Source: an uncultured delta proteobacterium (lineage in GTDB: Bacteria > Myxococcota > Myxococcia > Myxococcales > Myxococcaceae). From it: a stretch of DNA of 64,000 bases. The notes beneath the pieces are model-generated. The model was given only the letters and a program-made list of their open reading frames with translations, searched no databases and was not told where the DNA came from. The stretch's first letter is position 1; each line of letters opens with the position of its first letter. The stretch lies in contig CAVQKE010000005.1 in assembly GCA_963713045.1 (NCBI GenBank), positions 64,001-128,000 of the forward strand. Direction: 5' to 3'. Shown here one piece after another: positions 60,244 through 64,000 of the stretch. The position numbers and the translations under genes are program-made.

Positions 60244-61341
60244 ATGCGATCGCACGAAGCGTCCGTCTTCCTCAGACACCGGTGGATGCTCCTATTTGCA
60301 GCAATTGCTTCGCCGGCGATGGCTGAGGGAGACACAGCCGAGATTCGCGCCGTCGCAGCCGTTATTCCACCCCTCGTGATGGAGGACCAGGGGCATCTCA
60401 CCGGTTTCAGCGTCGAACTCTGGAACGAGGTGGCGACGAAGTTGGGAGCGCGAACCACCTACCGGGTAGTCCCGAATACGGTGGCCCTCTTGAACGCTCT
60501 GCGCGAGGGCGAGTCGGACATTGCCGTCATGGGTATGTACTACACCATCGAACGCGACCGCGACTTTGACTTCACGTACTCGACCCTGAACGCGGGACTC
60601 CAAGTGATGGTGCCCAGCACAGTCCGCGCGGCGCAGGCTAGCCCCCTTGTCGCGTTCCTGAAGCTGCTGTTCTCACGGTCGATGCTGTACTGGCTTATCG
60701 CTGCAGTGATGGTGCTACTCGTCCCCGCTCACGTCATTTGGCTCCTCGACCGGAAGAGCACTGACGGAGTCAGCCCGAGCGAGAGGTACTTTCCAGGCGT
60801 CCTCTACGTGATGACGTGGGCCTCCGAGGCGATGCTAGGCCAGGCGCAGACGATGCCAAGACGGCGCCTCGCCCACCTGGTCGGCAACCTCTGGCTTTTC
60901 GCAGGTGTAGTGTTCGTCGCATTCTTCACTGCCCAAATGACGGCAACTCTGACGCTGGACCAAATCCGCGGGGTCATCAATGGCCCCGATGACTTGCCCG
61001 GGAAGTCCGTGGCGGCTGCCGCCGGCTCGCCGTCGGTCACCTATCTTCGCGGCGTCGGCGCTCGGGTACAAGAGTACACAAGCGCCGACGAGCTGCTTTC
61101 CGCTCTCCTCTCCGGGAAGGTGGAGGCGGTGGTCGCGGCTGCGCCGCCGCTCCAATACTTCGCGGCCCACGACGGAGCCGGGAAGGTCAGGATGGTTGGC
61201 CCCGAATTCAGAAAAGAAGACCTGATGTTTGTGGTGCCGCTGAACAGCCCCCTACGCAGACGAGTGAACGGCGCGCTCGTGGCCCTCCGCGAAGACGGGA
61301 CTTACCAGCGCCTCTACGAAAAATGGTTCGGCAAGGAGTAG
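60244..61341 (+). CDS. Substrate-binding domain / ion-channel fusion (GluR0-like architecture)
   Basis: S1 (GFSVELW, ERDRDFDFT) - TM - pore - TM (FFTAQMTATLT) - S2 (LREDGTYQRLYEKWFG). Confidence 0.85.
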   Translation: MRSHEASVFLRHRWMLLFAAIASPAMAEGDTAEIRAVAAVIPPLVMEDQGHLTGFSVELWNEVATKLGARTTYRVVPNTVALLNALREGESDIAVMGMYYTIERDRDFDFTYSTLNAGLQVMVPSTVRAAQASPLVAFLKLLFSRSMLYWLIAAVMVLLVPAHVIWLLDRKSTDGVSPSERYFPGVLYVMTWASEAMLGQAQTMPRRRLAHLVGNLWLFAGVVFVAFFTAQMTATLTLDQIRGVINGPDDLPGKSVAAAAGSPSVTYLRGVGARVQEYTSADELLSALLSGKVEAVVAAAPPLQYFAAHDGAGKVRMVGPEFRKEDLMFVVPLNSPLRRRVNGALVALREDGTYQRLYEKWFGKE

Positions 61342-61378
61342 CGCTCGCCGCACCGTGGTCGTAGTTTGACGCCCTACT

Positions 61379-62029
61379 CTAGAAGCTGGCCCCCAACGAC
61401 AAGACCCAGTACTGCTCGTTGCCCTGGCCCGGGTTGAACCAGTATGCGGTCGCGCTGAGCTTCCACACTTTGAAGCCAACGAGGGGCCCCCAATTCAGAA
61501 GTCGCGACGTGGCGAAGGCTCGAGTCCGCTGCAATGCAAGCCCGGCCTGGAGCCACTCGAAAGGCGACCCAGAGAGCTCCGACCACGCGTAGAAGTAGCT
61601 GTCGGACGAGTTCGAGAAATCGAAGACGAACTCATTCTCCGAGTTCAATTCGAACGGGCCCCACGAAAGGTCCCACTCGAAGCCCGGTGCGATGCCGTTC
61701 ACCTCGCCGAAGATGGCCCCAAGCATCGGAGTTAGCGCAAACCGCAACTCCTTTCCCCACTCGAAGTTCCACCCTGCCCAGAGAGACCCGGTGCGCGGTG
61801 CCTCGTAGTTGTACCTGGCTTCGAAGTGCAGGACGCCATGGTCAACGGCGACAGTAGGCTGCACGTAGTCGGATTCGGATTGGTGTGCAAAGAGGTAGAC
61901 GTAGACCTCGACCAGTACGTTCCAGGACGGCTCTTCTGCGTGGGGCACCTCCACCTCGTCCTCGGCCGTAGCGGGCAGCCCGATTAGCGCGACGAGAACG
62001 GTAAGTCCACAGCGGCCGTTCAACCTCAT
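61379..62029 (-). CDS. Putative outer-membrane beta-barrel protein
   Basis: Signal peptide; alternating aromatic beta-strands; C-terminal Phe (SLGASF). Confidence 0.65.
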   Translation of the reverse strand: MRLNGRCGLTVLVALIGLPATAEDEVEVPHAEEPSWNVLVEVYVYLFAHQSESDYVQPTVAVDHGVLHFEARYNYEAPRTGSLWAGWNFEWGKELRFALTPMLGAIFGEVNGIAPGFEWDLSWGPFELNSENEFVFDFSNSSDSYFYAWSELSGSPFEWLQAGLALQRTRAFATSRLLNWGPLVGFKVWKLSATAYWFNPGQGNEQYWVLSLGASF

Positions 62030-62413
62030 CCGCTCTCCGCTGCCGCCGAATGTTGGCTTTGGTGCCCCGCGCACAGCTGTCTGTGCCAGAGACGACTGAA
62101 GTCGTCGTCAACGCAGGATGGCGCGAGGCAGGGCGAGTTCATGGCCATCGTTCCCCTAGTGAACACGAGGGCCTGAAGCACCGTCCAGCCCTCGACCAGT
62201 CAGAAGAACACCTTGCCGGCCAATGGCATCATCAGAAGCGCGGCTCCGACGGCCTGTAATAGCTATCCCGGACGAGACGCTTGCTGGCGCCCGGTCTCGC
62301 ATCGGAGAGGTAATGACCATAGCCGCGTCCTTGTTTCTACTATTCATGTTTGCCTACGAAGCGTGGTGCGGGCAGTCCGGTTCGTCGCGGGGCATCGCCA
62401 CTCTGGGGGCTCG

Positions 62414-62935
62414 TCAGGATCCTGCCTCAGCACCGAGCGGTCCGAAGCGACCGTGCCGCGGGGGGACCCCGGTGCCCCAGTCGTACACAACCACGGTTCC
62501 AGCCACCAGGTCGTCGAGCGCCCGCCGGCGTTTGGTCACCAGCAGCATCAGGAAGCCAATCCCCAGCGTCAACACGGTCAGTACCAGTCCAATGAACCGC
62601 TTGAGCGCAACCAAAAGGCCGACTTTCCCACCGTCGGCCCGGAGCACGCGCAGACCGAGGAGCGCCATGCCCGGCGTCTGCCCGGTGATGGTCCAGAAGC
62701 TGACGTGGTACAGCAGCGGGAAAACGAGCCCAGCCACTGGGGCCACATACGGAATGAGATGGCACAGGTGACGGCGCATCTGCCACCAGGCCTGCGCCGG
62801 TGGGCAGCGTTGAGGGTCGAGCAGCACGAACTGCTGCGCCAGCCAACTGGTGCCAGCCACCAGCACCGCAAGAAACACGAGGTCCAGCACCATTGCCACT
62901 CCGCGACTCACCAGACCGGCGTATCGGTGGGTCAC
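62414..62935 (-). CDS. RDD family protein
   Basis: YAGLVSRGVAMVLD, GQTPGM, RRALDDLVAGTVVV; GTGA overlap with the upstream gene. Confidence 0.9.
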   Translation of the reverse strand: MTHRYAGLVSRGVAMVLDLVFLAVLVAGTSWLAQQFVLLDPQRCPPAQAWWQMRRHLCHLIPYVAPVAGLVFPLLYHVSFWTITGQTPGMALLGLRVLRADGGKVGLLVALKRFIGLVLTVLTLGIGFLMLLVTKRRRALDDLVAGTVVVYDWGTGVPPRHGRFGPLGAEAGS

Positions 62936-63405
62936 GATCTCCTCAGTACGCGGCGGACCCAAGAGTCGACTGCATCATCGGCGTCGAGCGCAGCCACACG
63001 CACACGCTCCTGGAAGTCGCGCGCGATCCCGCGGCTTTGGTCCTGGATGAGCTGCTGGACCGACTCCGGATGTTCGGTGAGGTACCCCAGGTAGGCACCA
63101 CCCTGTTCGCGCACCAGATGGCGGAGCGCCTCGCTGTCCTGCAGAGCCTGGAGCACGCGCCCGACCTGTCGGTCTACCAGGGCGTCAACGGCCGGACTGG
63201 CCTCGAGGTCCGTCAGCAGTTGGACCACCAGCTGCTTGAGGGCTGGGCTCTCCAAGAGCGCTTGCAGCACGTGCTCGAAAAGCGCCCCGGCGAGCCGCGT
63301 GTCAAAAAGACGCGTTACGAGGGCATCGGCCACCTGGGCGGCAATTCCGGCCCGCTGCCCACCGACGGGCTCGCCGGTGCTTGGATTCGACTTCGGGGAA
63401 CGCAC
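62932..63405 (-). CDS. Hypothetical helical protein coupled to the RDD gene
   Basis: Stop/start overlap with RDD; repeated L.SPA/SEAL helical units. Confidence 0.6.
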   Translation of the reverse strand: MRSPKSNPSTGEPVGGQRAGIAAQVADALVTRLFDTRLAGALFEHVLQALLESPALKQLVVQLLTDLEASPAVDALVDRQVGRVLQALQDSEALRHLVREQGGAYLGYLTEHPESVQQLIQDQSRGIARDFQERVRVAALDADDAVDSWVRRVLRRS

Positions 63406-64000
63406 GGGAGAACGCTAACACCAGCGGCACTCCCGGAGCTGCGGTACATCCTCTGCCCGTTTTGTCGGGCGCCTGCAGCATCGGGCGTTGGCACCACGCC
63501 GGGTTCCAAAGCGACTGAAACTGGGTGTCCAAGCGGGGCGAGGGCTCCGTCGCCCTGCCCTTCCTTCCGAGGTCCGCATCCTCCTCCCGAGGGTCGCTAC
63601 CGAGAATCCTCTGTGGGAGGGCGCGGGCGATTTCCTCAGGTCCCCTTGCTTGGGTCATGCGGTTCGCCCGTGAGACCTCCGCGGTCGCCTACGACAACCA
63701 TTGCCTGACGGAAGGAAGAGCGTTGCGGCGCCCCAAAGAAAGGGAGCCCTTCCTCATTGGGCCCTTAGGCCCGGGTACACTGGTCACTCAACTCCGCGCA
63801 CTTGGGCACAGAAACCAAGGGAACTCCGAATCCCCCCGGGCGCGATGATGAGGCCACCAGTCCCGAGATGATTGGGCAGACCACACCCAACCCGACAACA
63901 GGACCGCCGACATAACTGCGTCTCAACCTGCGGGCCACCTCACAAACCCTCCAGCTCGTTTTGGTCGTCACCCGCCGAGTGCCATGATGACGGCGACGAG

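Noticed and set aside
63900..63960. Third excisionase-like remnant (RVCEVARRL) on the minus strand
   Set aside because: The match is too short and the remainder of the domain is missing.

Overview
GC-rich bacterial window, probably from a myxobacterium (inferred from the DGG/Cys-rich proteins, the ILRHSDPRI integrase remnant and the multiheme cytochromes). It is an accessory mosaic with six blocks. (1) 1-5.7 kb: a 5'-truncated HINT-domain polymorphic toxin with an unrecognised His-rich tip, a double-CxxC candidate immunity gene and an IPT/TIG lipoprotein. (2) 6.3-12.7 kb: three alpha/beta hydrolases and small enzymes. (3) 13.6-20.8 kb: a Rieske/cytochrome b/nonaheme cytochrome c/membrane protein/NapC-like operon plus a monoheme cytochrome c. 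(4) 21.3-22.1 kb: a Tat-like exported protein whose frame crosses a single in-frame TGA followed 12 nt later by a perfect hairpin. This candidate novel selenoprotein or readthrough gene is the best hit. (5) 22.9-38.6 kb: phosphoesterase, kinase-USP fusion, acetyl-CoA hydrolase-GNAT fusion, a GltD-like/PFOR/DHOD-like operon, a Crp/Fnr regulator and a decaheme OmcA/MtrC-type lipoprotein. (6) 38.8-64 kb: redox/detox genes, deletion-scarred gene fragments, an RND permease, a decayed primase-helicase satellite-like element (tRNA-Gly att fragment, Abi-like pseudogene, palindromic origin candidate, integrase remnant), TAXI, LssY-like, an IS110 remnant, a GluR0-like protein and RDD. Three tRNA-type 3'-end fragments occur, but I found no intact tRNA, rRNA or CRISPR array. 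All family calls come from motif recognition by eye, not database searches.
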